This document shows positions 38,343-50,519 of a stretch of DNA of 64,000 nucleotides, one piece after another (within the stretch, counting starts at the first letter, position 1; every line of letters starts with the position of its first letter). The position numbers were made by a program, and so were the translations under genes. A model generated the notes under the pieces. It made no database searches, was not told the origin of the DNA, and was given only the letters and a program-made list of their open reading frames with translations. Source of the DNA: Bilabrum cf. latius (lineage: Eukaryota); the NCBI GenBank assembly GCA_965178125.1, contig OZ237766.1, forward strand, positions 434,001 to 498,000, given 5' to 3'.

Positions 38343-39878
38343 TCACGCTGACCTGCTCCGTAGCGTGACCAGTGAATTCGAGCCGATCGTCACGGTCACG
38401 ACCCCATCCTCCATGATGTAGGGGCCTTCAGGCACCTCGAAGCTAGACTGTCCCAGGCTGCGCCATGCGTCAAACACCACTGGGGTGCCGGTGGGACTGC
38501 CACTGCCACCAGCAGTTGCAGCCTATGAATCACCCAGGGACACTGTTCCCTGGGCCAGCTCGGGCACCCTCACCTGGATGGTATACGAGGTGGGGGCGGG
38601 AGAGGATGAAATGGTCCCGTTCGCCATGCCCGTGGGGTTGACGATCGCGATGCCCCAGGTTCCATCCCCGTTGCGACCGACTCCCACATTGAAGCCTTCC
38701 TTTTTGCCGTACGTCCAGGTCATCTGGTCGCCACCCCCGGCACCGTAGGTCGCATTCGCCAGGCTCTGCCGCATTGTGGCTCCCAGGTCAAGCACGTTTG
38801 CGATCTGCCTCGCGTAGTGGAAGCCAGGGGTGAGAGTGTACAGGGGCCAGCCAGCAGCTGCGGCGGCATCCACCTCCTCTTGGTTCCGCAACGCGCGGCG
38901 CCCCCGGGTCATGCTGGTCCCCGCGACCTCGGTGAGGTTGGGCGTGGTGCCGTTCTTCCATGTGATGATCAGCCGCATCTCGTCCTGCCCGTGACGCGGG
39001 TCATGATCCTCCACGCCGATGAACCACACCCAGGTGGTGACACGGTGGTTAAGGTCGTTGAGGAGGCGAGCAGCGAGGGAGGCCCCGTGGAACTCGAACC
39101 CGTCGCTGAACCCGCCCGCCTCGGTCACCCAGTACTTTTTGTCCTGCTCGCCCTCGGCGTTCAGCGTCTCGTTCGCCCAGGTCTGCGTGGCGGCCATGTT
39201 ATAGGAATGCCCAGCGATGCCGTACAGGTCCCTCCAGCAGCCAGTCGAGTTCTTGCAGCCGAGCACGTGCGCGAGGCCGGTGCCGTCTTGGCTCGCCCAC
39301 TCGGGAGCGACGATTTCCACGTCCGGCAGGCCGAAGGCGGATAGGTTCTGGTGGATGATCTGCACCATGGTAGACACGTTTTGCGGCGTGATGGCCCCGG
39401 GCTCGTTTGCGATGCCAGTCACGTCGATCTAAGTGCCGTTCTTGTGCAAGTCACGGATGAACTCGGCCACTTCCATGGCTTGCTCGTTCGATACGTTGGA
39501 GCGAGCGCCGCCTGGTGCAAGCAGGAAGTTCTTAATCCCTCTCTTCCTGAACTCGGCTGCGAGCTCCGTCTGGACGTACTTCTCGTCAAATGTGAGGTCC
39601 GCCTTCGTTGGATCAGTGGGATTGGTCTCGCTCCACCAGAGCCGAATGGTGTTCGCGTGCAGCTCGTCAACAAGATGCGTGAATACTTGATCACGAATGG
39701 ACCCGAACTCGGTTTTGTTCATGATGTTTCCGCTGACCATGCTGTATCCAAAGCCTTCCCATTCTTGACGGGCTGCCTGGCCCGCTGTCACAGTCACAGG
39801 GTAGGGCCCGTAATCTGAAGCGGCAGCAGAAGCCGCAACATATGCTAAAATACAAATGTGTACGAGTTGGTTCCGCAT
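38343..39878 (-). CDS. Secreted clan GH-A glycoside hydrolase (GH30-like), intronless
   Basis: Signal peptide MRNQLVHICILAYVAASAAAS, ARQEWEGFGYS, acid/base motif GIANEP and nucleophile motif YWVTEAG. Two in-frame TAG (39429, 38523); TGA at 38343. Confidence 0.75.
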
Positions 39879-40524
39879 ACTGATAAGTTGCGAATGCGAA
39901 CGAAGTTGGATGACGCGTAGCAAGCAGTGAGTTGCACTTGCAGCCGCGGCCTGGGGTGTGCTCTTTGCGACGTTCGTGGCACGATTTAAAGACATCGCAT
40001 GAATTTCGCGTTACCGCTTCTACTTGCTCAATCGAGACACGCGGACCAACTCACCGCATTGCAAATTGCGAGCTTGTCGCGCCTTGCCCCGCCGCACACT
40101 TGAGCAAAGGACCTAACCTGATGCCAATCCCGGCTCGGCAACGCGGGAGAATTCCCCCCGCGCTACCGCCCCACGACCCAGCGCAAACACCCAATGCATG
40201 AAAGCAAAGGGCATTGCCTGGGCCCCTCTAACACACTCTATCTCCTCCCCACATCCACACTACACACCGCTTCCATCGACTCGCCCACGACGCATGCCGT
40301 ACCGCAACACGGCACCGCCCGGGCAGTCTATACATTCAACCACACCAACACCGATCCGCACCATTACCAGCTCAGGGCGAGAGGCAACCGTCATACCCGC
40401 ACACACTGCAGATCCCCGCCCCGCCAACATAGGGCGGATGCAAGAGACCCAATCACAGCGCGGCTCGCATGCCGCCACCCGGCCCAGAGCAGCACCTGCT
40501 CTCCCGCTCCGAGTCCTTTCTCGC

Positions 40525-41385
40525 TCACGAGAAGTAGGTAGAGGGCCTGGAGGCCTTGAAGATCGTCTTGAACTTCTTGCTGGAGGGCTTGGGCACGCGG
40601 TGCGCCAGGGGGAACTTGATCTTGCCAGTCAGGAACTGCTTGACGTGGGGGCGGCGCACGGCGGCGGGGGCGGGGCCCTCTCCTCCCTCGATGGAGAACT
40701 TCTTGGCGGCGCGCTGGCCGGCGGGCACCACGCAAGTGTCCACGATCTGGATGGAGGAGAAGCGCACGCGGTGGCTACCGGCGAGCTCGTTGTACATCTT
40801 CTGCACGGCGTCGCACAGGTTGGTAGACCGGAACTCTTTGTACATGTTGTGGGTGCCGCTCCTGGAGTTGTAGCGGATGGTGATGCCGTAGTTCTTCACG
40901 GTGGTGGTCTTGCGCTCGCGGATCTCGTGCACGGACAGGATCTCGCCGGTGGAGCGCTTAAGCTTGGAGGTCTGGTGCAGGAAGTACCTGCAGGAGCGAG
41001 GGAGGGCATCGAGAAGTGAGGGGCGAAAGGAATGACTTGAAACACTGCCCAACAGGAAACTAAGGTACAAACACAGTAAATATATATGGTTGAACCAGTG
41101 GCTGCGCGAGATTTTCTCACCAGAAGCGGCTCTTCGCGTTCACGACGTTCTGTGCGAACAGACGCATCCTGAAGATCTGGGGGGCCGGGTCGTTGTCCGC
41201 GGCGAGTCCCTTCTTCTCATCGAAGTCCTCAGTGGCCTGCATTTGTAATGTGTGGGCAATGGGTCAAACAAAGGCAGCAAGTAACATGCACGAGCAACGC
41301 CATTTGCTATGCAAACGATGCGTTCGTTGCCCTTTGCTATACTCACGCGCTTGCGGCCGACAATCTCGTACAAGTGAAGAGGCAT
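40525..41385 (-). CDS. RPL18A: 60S ribosomal protein L18a (eL20), three exons
   Basis: IFRMRLFAQNVVNAKSRFW|YFL...KRSTGEIL, VKNYGITIRYNSRSGTHNMYKEFR, KIKFPLAHRV...RPSTYF; GT-AG introns; TGA stop. Confidence 0.96.
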
Positions 41386-41749
41386 GGTAATTAATTGACC
41401 GGGAAGCCCTGCGGTGCTCAAAACGATCCGAGGATAAGCAATACGAGTACAGCGCAACCAAACATGACGGCATGAACGGTTGGTAGTGCAATCGCAGCAA
41501 AAATCACTGCCCATACGTATCCGACAGCATTATCCACTGGAATATGGTAGAACAATACTACAAACAATGCATAGACAGGCGCAAAAGTTTTACTGTTGCA
41601 TACTCACTCGAAAAGGACACCTAGGATTGAGATGGTCGACTTGGTGGTTTGTGGCTGATCGGATCGGATGTAGTAACGTATTATTACCAACTAATTCTGG
41701 TATAATTGGCCAGATTGCACATTTGTTAACATCTTATACAACACAGATC

Positions 41750-43089
41750 ATGGCTGGTGTTAGCTCTACAGATGATGTTATAGTACCGGTTATTTGCCCA
41801 GGGCACGATAGACCAGTGCGTGAGGTACATTTCAGCGGAGAGACTGAGGATGGCACGTTCATGGTTAGCGCGTGCTTAGATAGAAAGCCGTATCTCAGAG
41901 ACGGGGAGTCTGGAGATTGGATAGGGACATTTGAAGGGCACCGAGGAGCTGTTTGGGGCGCCAAAATAAACTCAGAGGCTACGCTTGTCGCAACGGCCAG
42001 TGCTGATTTCAGTGCTCGTCTTTGGAATGCTGTGGACGGCAAAGTTATTCAATCTTGGGATCATCCACATGTTGTAAAGTCATGTGATTTTGCCCCGGAC
42101 GGTACCGTTGTTGCGACAGGTTGCCGCGATGGGAAGTGCCGTGTGTTCAACGCCACCAAACCTGCAGCCACCGCCGAAGTATCGATAGACGCAGGCAGCG
42201 TGAGTCTTTCCATACTGTTTCCGAGCATTGAGTATCATTGCTGGTACCATATTATTGTGATAGAGTACTGGAAGCGTCGCTCTCTCTCGCGCTGCCGCAC
42301 ATGGTTGGCCGCTTGCACCGAGCACCAAGCGAACATCGAAACCCGCGCAACCCATACCGATTTCCATCTGCTGATCTACCGCAGGAAGTAACCGCCGTCG
42401 CCTTCAACCCCAGCCTGCCCTCGGAAATCCTAGTAGGCACAGAGGAGGGCCTCAAGTGCTACAGTGCCAGGGCAGGCACACCCACCAGGACGGTGGACCT
42501 CGGTGCAGCCTCTGGCAAAACCGGAAGCAGCACGACCGACGCCGGAGAGGATGACAGCGGCGATGACTTGCTGCGTGTGCGCGATCTCACGGTGGCCCGT
42601 GTGGCTACTGGCTCGGCGAGCAAAACGAGCAAGGGTGCGAGCAAGTCCGGGGAAGGCGAAGGGGAGGGAAGCAGCAAAACTGACGGAAAGGAGTGGTGCG
42701 CCACAGTGTGCCATGGCAGACGGGTGTCCTTGTTCCGGTTATCGGACCTGAAGCTCCTGTGGAGCCACAGGATGGGTCGGCACCCGAGCGCAGATACGGC
42801 GAGCACGAGTCCCGACGGCGCGTACTTTGTGTTCTCTGGGGGGGAGGACTGTCTGGAGGTCGGTATCGCCAAGGCGAGCACGGGGCAGGTGCTCAAGTAC
42901 GAGGGTGGCCACCACGGGCCCGTCAGATGCGTGAGATTCAACCCCGGCGGGAGGCGGTTCACGTCTGCCTCCGAGGATGGCACTGTGAGGATTTGGCCCT
43001 ACAAGCCCGAGGCAGCGGAGCTGTACTTTGTGAAGGAGCAGGCCAGGATGGAGAAGGAGAAGGAAAAGGAGAAGGATGTTGCTGTGTGA
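41750..43089 (+). CDS. STRAP: WD40 serine-threonine kinase receptor-associated protein (STRAP/UNRIP); exons 41750-42199 and 42385-43089
   Basis: CPGHDRPV...SACLDRKPYLRDGESGDWIGTFEGHRGAVW, ATASADFSARLWNA, GHHGPVRCVRFNPGG..FTSASEDGTVRIW. Confidence 0.9.
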
Positions 43090-43191
43090 TCCTCGCCGCA
43101 CGGTGCACAGCGACGTGGTCTCGAAGATGAAGATCAGCGGCCCAGTCCAGGAAACAGCTTTGGCATTTCAATTCGACTTCCTGTGCGCCAA

Positions 43192-44332
43192 AGTAAGCAA
43201 CCAGGTGATATCAAGTTATACATATGTCCATGGAGCCTCATGTTAGTGTTTACGGTCGCTGGCGGCGTACTCCATTCAGTGGCTTTGCGCTGTTCTCGAA
43301 ATCTTTTCTGCAGTGGCAGCAGCTGCAGATTACGACGTCTTGTACAAGGCAATCGTTGTTGGTTCGAGTAAAACTGGAAAATCTCAATTCGTTTCCATGA
43401 TCCGGGTATGTTGTCAAAATAAGTTGACTTAATTGAACCGTCGACAGCAGTTGCAGAATACGAGACTGTGCAAGAAGATATTGTGACTTCGCAGGATGGA
43501 TCCTTTTCCAAGGATTATACAGCGACAATTGGAGTTGATTTTTGTATTAGATAGCTGAAAGTTGCCAACTGCAATACGAAAGTGCAGGTTTGGGACACTG
43601 CAGGTAAGGCTACTGCGAGCACCGTGCATCATGCATGAGTCATCAGGGGTAAGGAATCCACTGGCAACTAGATCCAATTCACAGTTCCATATCATGTAAT
43701 CACCTTGTCCCGTAGGCCAGGAGAGGTTTGGAGCCATTGTGAAAGCGTGAGATTGGCTGATGCTTGCAACCGAAACAGGCAATCATTATGCTGCGAAAGA
43801 AAACGAATTTGCTCAATCCGATTGTCTCAATTGGCGCAGGTACTACCGCGGTGCAAGTTTGGCGTTCCTGCTGTACGACGTGACCAGCCAGGACTCGGCG
43901 AAAGCAGCAGCGGTGAAAGCCACTGAGATCCGGCAGAGGGGCGGGGATGACATCGTGCTCGTTTTGGTGGGCAACAAGACAGACCTCGAGGACGAGCGGG
44001 AGGTTTCGACGGAAGACGGGCAGAGTGCAGCCGATGAGATCGGCTGCCTCTTCTATGAGATGAGCTGCATGACCCAGGAAGGCGTCATGGAAGCATTCGA
44101 GGGGGCAGTGAAAGAGAGACTGACTAAGGACGGGAAGCTGGTCCCTGTTTTGGACGAAGACACATCAACGCATCCGGCCGAGAAATCAGAAGCAGAAGCA
44201 AGCACGGCTGAGTAGCTCGCCGGAGAAGGTGGTGCTGGAAGTGAAGCCGCTGACAAGGAGGGCATCATGGAAGCGATGAAGGCGGGGGGTGAGGCAGAGG
44301 AGGAGGAGCCCGAAGAACCGATGTTGATTTGA
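43192..44332 (+). CDS. Divergent Rab1-related GTPase A; acidic tail, no C-terminal cysteines
   Basis: GSSKTGKS, TIGVDF, VWDTAG|QERF, YYRGA, LVGNKTD, YEMSC. Four introns at the same positions as in Rab1. In-frame TAG at 43552 and 44213. Confidence 0.85.
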
Positions 44333-44792
44333 TGCTGGTGGGTTGGGATGCTTTAGTGTCATTGCCCCGATGCTAGTGGATGGTAGTGCTCCCAAGCCAT
44401 ATATTGGCAATATGCTCGCCCAGGCAGGAGCGAATATTGGGATATGCCTGCAAACAATTTGACTGCAGGATCTCGCTGATTGATGCGGGTAGATTGCTCT
44501 CACTGATCTGATCGATTTATCGCCAACTTTTGGGACGTCAATCGAGCCGGCCTCAGTCAACCATTGACGACAGCCAGGTGGCCGCGAGCGATGTTCGGAC
44601 GCTCAGAGGCGGCATTTGGGGGCAGTGGATGAGCAGAAGAGAGACGGATGCTTTAATGCCTGAGCTCCGCAACATGCACCTGTAAGAATGGGATGCTGCC
44701 AGTGGTTAATTTGCGAAGATGAAGATATGGTGTTGATGGTAAATTCTAGATCACTGTATTTCTAGTCCACGGGATTTATTTGTGTTATCTCG

Positions 44793-46000
44793 AGTGAGCA
44801 TTTATTTTGTAGAGCGCGTGTTCAAGTATTCTCACAGTTACTGGTTGAGATGCAAAGCATGCGATTTCTGCCAGTGGATCGCAGTGGCAGCAGCGGCCGG
44901 CTACGATGTTCTGCATAAGGCAATTATTGTTGGATCTAGCAAAACGGGAAAAACCCAGTTCATGTGTGGGTCCACTGTAAGCTCCCAGGGCTGCTGAGTG
45001 CATGCTAGCATTGACTCAAAAGCTTGCTTGGATCCGTTGATGCCGGTCTTCCCTATGCCACCGTGCACCAACAGGACGGCTCCTTTTCAAAGGAGCACCG
45101 AACAACAATCGGAATCGATTTCAGAATAAGGCAACTATGCGTAGCAGACTGCTCTGTAAAAGTCTAGATGTGGGACACAGCCGGTAAGTGGTAGATTGAA
45201 TTAGCTCCTACGCGCAGGATCAAGTAGTACTCCACTATTGTTCAGAAAAAGAGCCACGATGATGTTTATTTCGCAGGTCAAGAGAGATTCAGAGCAATCA
45301 TACGGTCGTGAGGCAACTGACAGCAGTACCATGCGTGTGTGGTGCTGGATGGTCCTTTCTGGCGCTCAACCCTCTTGTATAATGCATATACAAGCTAACG
45401 ATAAAACGACATGGAATGACTTATACCCGCAGGTACTACCGCGGAGCCCATATCGCATTCCTGCTGTACGACGTGACCAGCCAAGACTCTGCCTCTGCAG
45501 CCGTGGCAAAAGCCTCCGAGATTCGGGAGGCAGCTAGGGACGGGATCGTGCTCGTTTTGGTGGGGAACAAGATAGATCTCGAGGACGAGCGCGAGGTATC
45601 TACGGAAGACGGGCAGAACCTGGCCGATAAAATCGGCGCTCTGTTCTACGAGACGAGCTGCATGACCCAGGCAGGCGTGCAGCAGGCGCTGGAGGGGGCC
45701 ATAAGGAAGAGGCTGGTCCAGGACGGGAAGATCGACGAGGGCGATTCGCCTGCAGAGACGAAAGGAGCAAAGGATGAGGCATTCAAGTCGGAAGAGCCCG
45801 CTGGCGATGACGGTGCTGATGTGGGTGAGCCTTAGGGTGCCCCAGGCGAAGGCCCCAGCGGTGAGGGTGCTGACTCGGAGGCCGTCGAAGGAGCTGATGA
45901 ACGCGATGAGGCGGAGGGGCAAGTGGAGGCGAGCGGGGATGATGGCCAAGAAGAAGAAGGAGAAGAAGGAGAGGAAGCTTATGCGTCGCTGCCGATCTGA
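44793..46000 (+). CDS. Divergent Rab1-related GTPase B (tandem paralogue of A); acidic tail, no C-terminal cysteines
   Basis: GSSKTGKT, TIGIDF, KV[TAG]MWDTAG|QERF, YYRGA, LVGNKID, YETSC; TGA at 45998-46000. Confidence 0.85.
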
Positions 46001-46264
46001 TGTCCTGCCAGAAGCTGCCTCCGGGTTGCCCACGAAGGCTGCTCGCTCAATACCGCATCACTTGTCTTTCTATAGCTACCCTGCTCCATGGAATCTTTGC
46101 AAGCAACATGCCGATTATATTTTTCGGGAGGGAGTGCTCCAAGACTTACCCGCACCCACAGACAGATCGGATAATCGATTCGGATTCTGAGAGTCTCATC
46201 GAATGTTCATCGCTTCCGCCCAAGAAGGCAAAGATCCGCAATACCTGTGTCGTAAAATAGAAAT

Positions 46265-48282
46265 ATGCGGCTTGTATCCGTAGTATGGTCAAGCATTATG
46301 CTGTCTGCGTTTCCAGCGCGTGCACAAAAAGCTTCCGGCGAGCGGCCAAATATAGTATTTGTCATGGCTGACGATCTTGATTTCGATTACAAACAAGATC
46401 GCCTGGCTATCATGCCCAACCTCAAGAAGCATTGGGCGGATGCTGGAGTTTAGTTTGTAAATCATGTTGCAGCTTAGCCTGTATGCGGCCCAAGCAGGTC
46501 AAGTCTTCTCGCGGGACGATATCCTCACAATACTGGATACAAGGCAAACGGCGACAAAGACAGCGTGGAGCATTTTTCAGCCATACAGGTGAGCAATCCA
46601 GTTTGAAAGAATATAATCTTGCTTTTCTGCATGCACTGAACCTATACATCCGCTGACGTGCAAGCTTCGCAGAACAACACATTCGGCACCTGGCTTTCGG
46701 CGGCGGGCTATCACACCGCGTTTATGGGAAAATCCGTGAATGGCATGGAGACACACGTCTTTGCCGGATGGAGCCGATGGGGCGGGTTTGTATCCGGCCC
46801 CAAGACGTACAACTACTACAACGCGACGGAGTTTGAGGCTCGCTTCACCGGCCCGCGCAACCAGCAGCCAGGCGGCCCCGTGAAGCAAACGAACCACCTT
46901 GGTGTGCACCAGGCCGATTTCTTGCCCATCCAAGTGGAGAAAGAAGTAGAAATCGCGCTGCAAGACGGGAAGCCCTTCGCGCTCCACGTCACGCCCACCA
47001 TGGTCCACTGGGGCTCGTGCTATGGTCCCTGCGCTGATGGCACAAAGGACTGCCTTAACAGCACTGACCCGGCATTCGAGTGGAACATCCCGAAGTGGAA
47101 CAATACGCCCGGGCACATCAGTTTCCCGTGCGACCCCTGCCCCTCCCTCCGAACCGAGCATTTGTTCGAGCACTTGCCCGTGCCACACCTCCCTTCCTGG
47201 AATTCCAGTGCGGAAGGAGGCATGTCGGCTTGGATGGACCAAAAGCCATACCTGTCGCCGCAGCAGGCCTACCGGTAGGACATGTGCTACAGGAACCGTT
47301 CTAGCTCCGCTGTCGATCTCGATGACATGCTCGGTTCCATCGTGCGGATTCTGGAGGGCAAAGGTGTGATGAACAACACGATCCTCATATTCACGAGCGA
47401 CAGTGAGTCCGACGTTCGTCCAATTGAAGCCAGGAGTGCATGCATAAAGGTTAACTACGATATGAACAACCCTTTGCATTCGCGACTACTAGAAGTCCCG
47501 GCCCAGTCGTAGCACAGTACCACCGTTTGTTCACAGCTGTACTCTCAATCCAAACCCATGCGCCATCACTCATTTGTTCCCTCGCAGACGGTTTCCACCT
47601 TGGGGAACACAAGCTGCCCTTCGGCAAGACAGAGCCGTACACCACTGACACTGCCCTGCCCCTGTACGTGAGCGGACCCGGGGTGGCGCAAGGCCAAGTC
47701 AGGCACCACCCCACCAACCACATGGATATCACCCGCACTCTCGTGGACATCGCTGGAGCCGTCGATCACGTGACCGGCCCGCCGCTAGATGGCAAGAGCT
47801 TCCTGCCCGCTCTCGGTCCCAGCCCCGTCCCAGCGAACACTTGGCGAACGTTCTCTTTCAGCGAGTTCTTCCAGTTCAACAACACCTGGGCCGCGATGCA
47901 CTTTCTGGACGAGGATGTGGCCAAAGCGGCGGAGGAACATGAGGCAGCCAGGGTGGCCAAAGGCAAGTCGGCACCGCCCCCCTCCCGCGCGAGGACCATC
48001 GGATATTCGCTCCACCGGTGGTGTACAAACGACACGGAAGTGTACCACATGGCGGATGGTGACCCGTGGCAGCTGCGGAACATCGGCGGAGAGAACACGA
48101 CCCCATTTGGCGCCCAGGTAAAAGATCGCAACATGGGCAAACTGGCGGCTCTCTCGAAGTGCTCGGGACAAGAGTGCTCCGATCCAGCCCCGCAGGTGGC
48201 TGTCTCTCCCCTGCAGTGCTATCAGATCCACAAGGGGTCCGAGGGACTGGATCCGTACGATCGGATCGGTTACAACCACTGA
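46265..48282 (+). CDS. Secreted formylglycine-dependent sulfatase (N-acetylglucosamine-6-sulfatase-like), at least two introns
   Basis: Signal peptide, RPNIVFVMADD, catalytic motif VCGPSRSSLLAGRYPHNTG (reached only through TAG at 46451 and 46475), AGYHTAFMGK, NTILIFTSD|.GFHLGEH. Confidence 0.9.
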
Positions 48283-48547
48283 GGCGGCCGGTGCATGTCC
48301 TGGCAGAGACCATTCCAGATCAGCACATGTATCGCCAGGAAGTGGATCTCACGTCTCGACTCTCGAGAGAGACCTCACCTGAAGCCTCACAGCCTGCCCC
48401 TCAGGCTGGGCCGAGGGGCACTCCATATTGCATGTACATGTTTTTATTACCATCTTTCATTAAGCTGCAACAACATCTAGCGCTACACACGGAACTGAAT
48501 GCAAACAATCGCCCACCTTCTTGGGCGCATCTTTTCCACCCGATCAC

Positions 48548-50317
48548 TCACTGCCCCGATTGAATGAACACCACAGACAGCGGCTGCACCAAGACCGGAA
48601 GTGACCAATCCGATCGACTGTGAGGCATCTTGGGGATAGACCCGTCAGGGGCGAGTGCAATCACCGTGCTGTTCCCCAGTAGCACCTTCCGGCTGTACAG
48701 GCTCTGCATGCCGGCACCGTCGGCACCCGACAGGTGCCACTCGCGGCGGGGTCCCGACAGCATGGCAGCTTCCGATTCCGAGTCGGCACCGCCACTCGTG
48801 TCCTGACTTGACTCGATCTTGACGCTGAATGCGGTGTCATTGGACAGGTTGATGAGCACCCCGCCCGCCGGAACGTCTTGCGCACAGGACCCGGTAGAGT
48901 TGGTGACACAATGCAGATAGGAGCGAAGGTAGGAAGGCGAGTCCTAAGCTCCTATGTTGTTCCCTGGGATAACAGCATGCCCGCTTGAAGCCTGAAGGTC
49001 CAGGGATCCATCCCCCATGACGGACTTGAAAAAATACAGGATCCAGAAGTCCGGGTTGGGTTCAAACCCGCGCATGTGATCCACCAGCTCGTACCAGCCG
49101 CCCGTCATCGCCTGCCTGTGGTGCCTCTTCCCACCGAGCCTCGCAGTCAATCCCAGTGAATCTGCGTACCAAAGCGACGACATGAAAGCGTCTGTCTCGT
49201 TCTGCCTCCCTGAGGACCCGGCCGGGCCCGTCTCGCCGAGCCAGATGCCTGCTTTGCTCTGGAGGATCTCGGGCTGCAGCAGGGACACGTTGCCCACCAC
49301 CCAGCCCCATGGCTCCACCACCGCATCGAGCACCGAAGGTTCGCGAAGGTTCGTCGGAAGGTTCGATTCGGTGCCGTAGTGGTGCAGGGTGACTGCATCG
49401 ATGATGCCTAGGCCAGCCGTGTCGTTCAGCATGTCGACGATGAAGCTGATGTACTTGGGGTCGATGTCTGGAACAGCAACCTTGGGACGAGGCACAGATG
49501 TGCTACTACTCGTCACACAATCAGAGTCCGCCTGGCCACTCGTCACACCATCGGAGTCCGCCTGGCCACTCGCCACACCAGCATCCTTGGGGCCGTACAC
49601 ACTCGTCAGCACCTGGTCCAGCTGCTTCAGCCGAGTCGCCAAATCGCTCGCGTGCGTGTATGAAAAGCACGAAGTCGGTTCGTTCCCAAGTTCCACGGTG
49701 TCTATCACAATGCCGTGCTGGCTTGCGTACCGAAGGAGCTGCTCGGCGTTGGACGAGTTCCAAGCGCCGCCGTGCGGAGGCGTGATGCCGTACAGATCAG
49801 CGATTCCAAATGTGAGCCCCAGTTCTGCCGACTGCGCAAAATCATGAATTAACTCGAATCGATCCATTGTCAGGCAGAGCCAGTCGCACCCAGCAGCCTG
49901 TCCAGCGGGCACGTCATACACGACAAAATCGGCAGGAGAACCACCAACGCGCAAGTATCCACCCCTCCTCCCGTTTAAATATGCCCCAAACAACGTCTTT
50001 GTTGCTGCTGTAAGTGATACTGCCAGGTACTGCAGCTGCTAGCTTCCCAAGTCAACCTCGAGCGCGCCTGCCGAGTCCCAGTTGCGGTTCGTTGCAATCG
50101 CCGAAAAGGCAGGGCATCCATCCTTTGGGTATCCAGGGCGATGTTTGCAGGTAGGCTGCTCGCACATGAGTTTCGGAGTCCACCAGTCGAAGTTAAAAGA
50201 GGCGTATCCAGGATCTGTAGTTTCCATGACAGTCAAACTTGTTTTAAGAGATACATCAACGGTGGCAGCAATGCAAAATGACGTGGATAAACTAGCTAAA
50301 GCTATAACCGAGATCAT
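48548..50317 (-). CDS. Secreted GH79 heparanase/beta-glucuronidase-like glycosidase, intronless
   Basis: ASFNFDWW, YLRVGGSPAD, ELGNEP, WLGETG, FMSSLWYADSLG, PNPDFW. Three same-frame ORFs joined across TAG at 50039 and 48944; TGA at 48548. Confidence 0.9.
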
Positions 50318-50519
50318 CACGAATACTGACGGAAAGATTTTAGCCGGTCAGTGCTCCACTGCGTGTTGAGGTTCCGTAAACTGTGGAGTTGCGCGGCGAC
50401 GGACCGCCCAGGAGCGATGCCACGGCCGGGCAGAAAGCAAACTCACATCCCGCCTACTCTGCAACGTTTCGCACTAGTGCGAGCTTCGCGGATTATTTGT
50501 ATAGTTATCTATAATAAGC

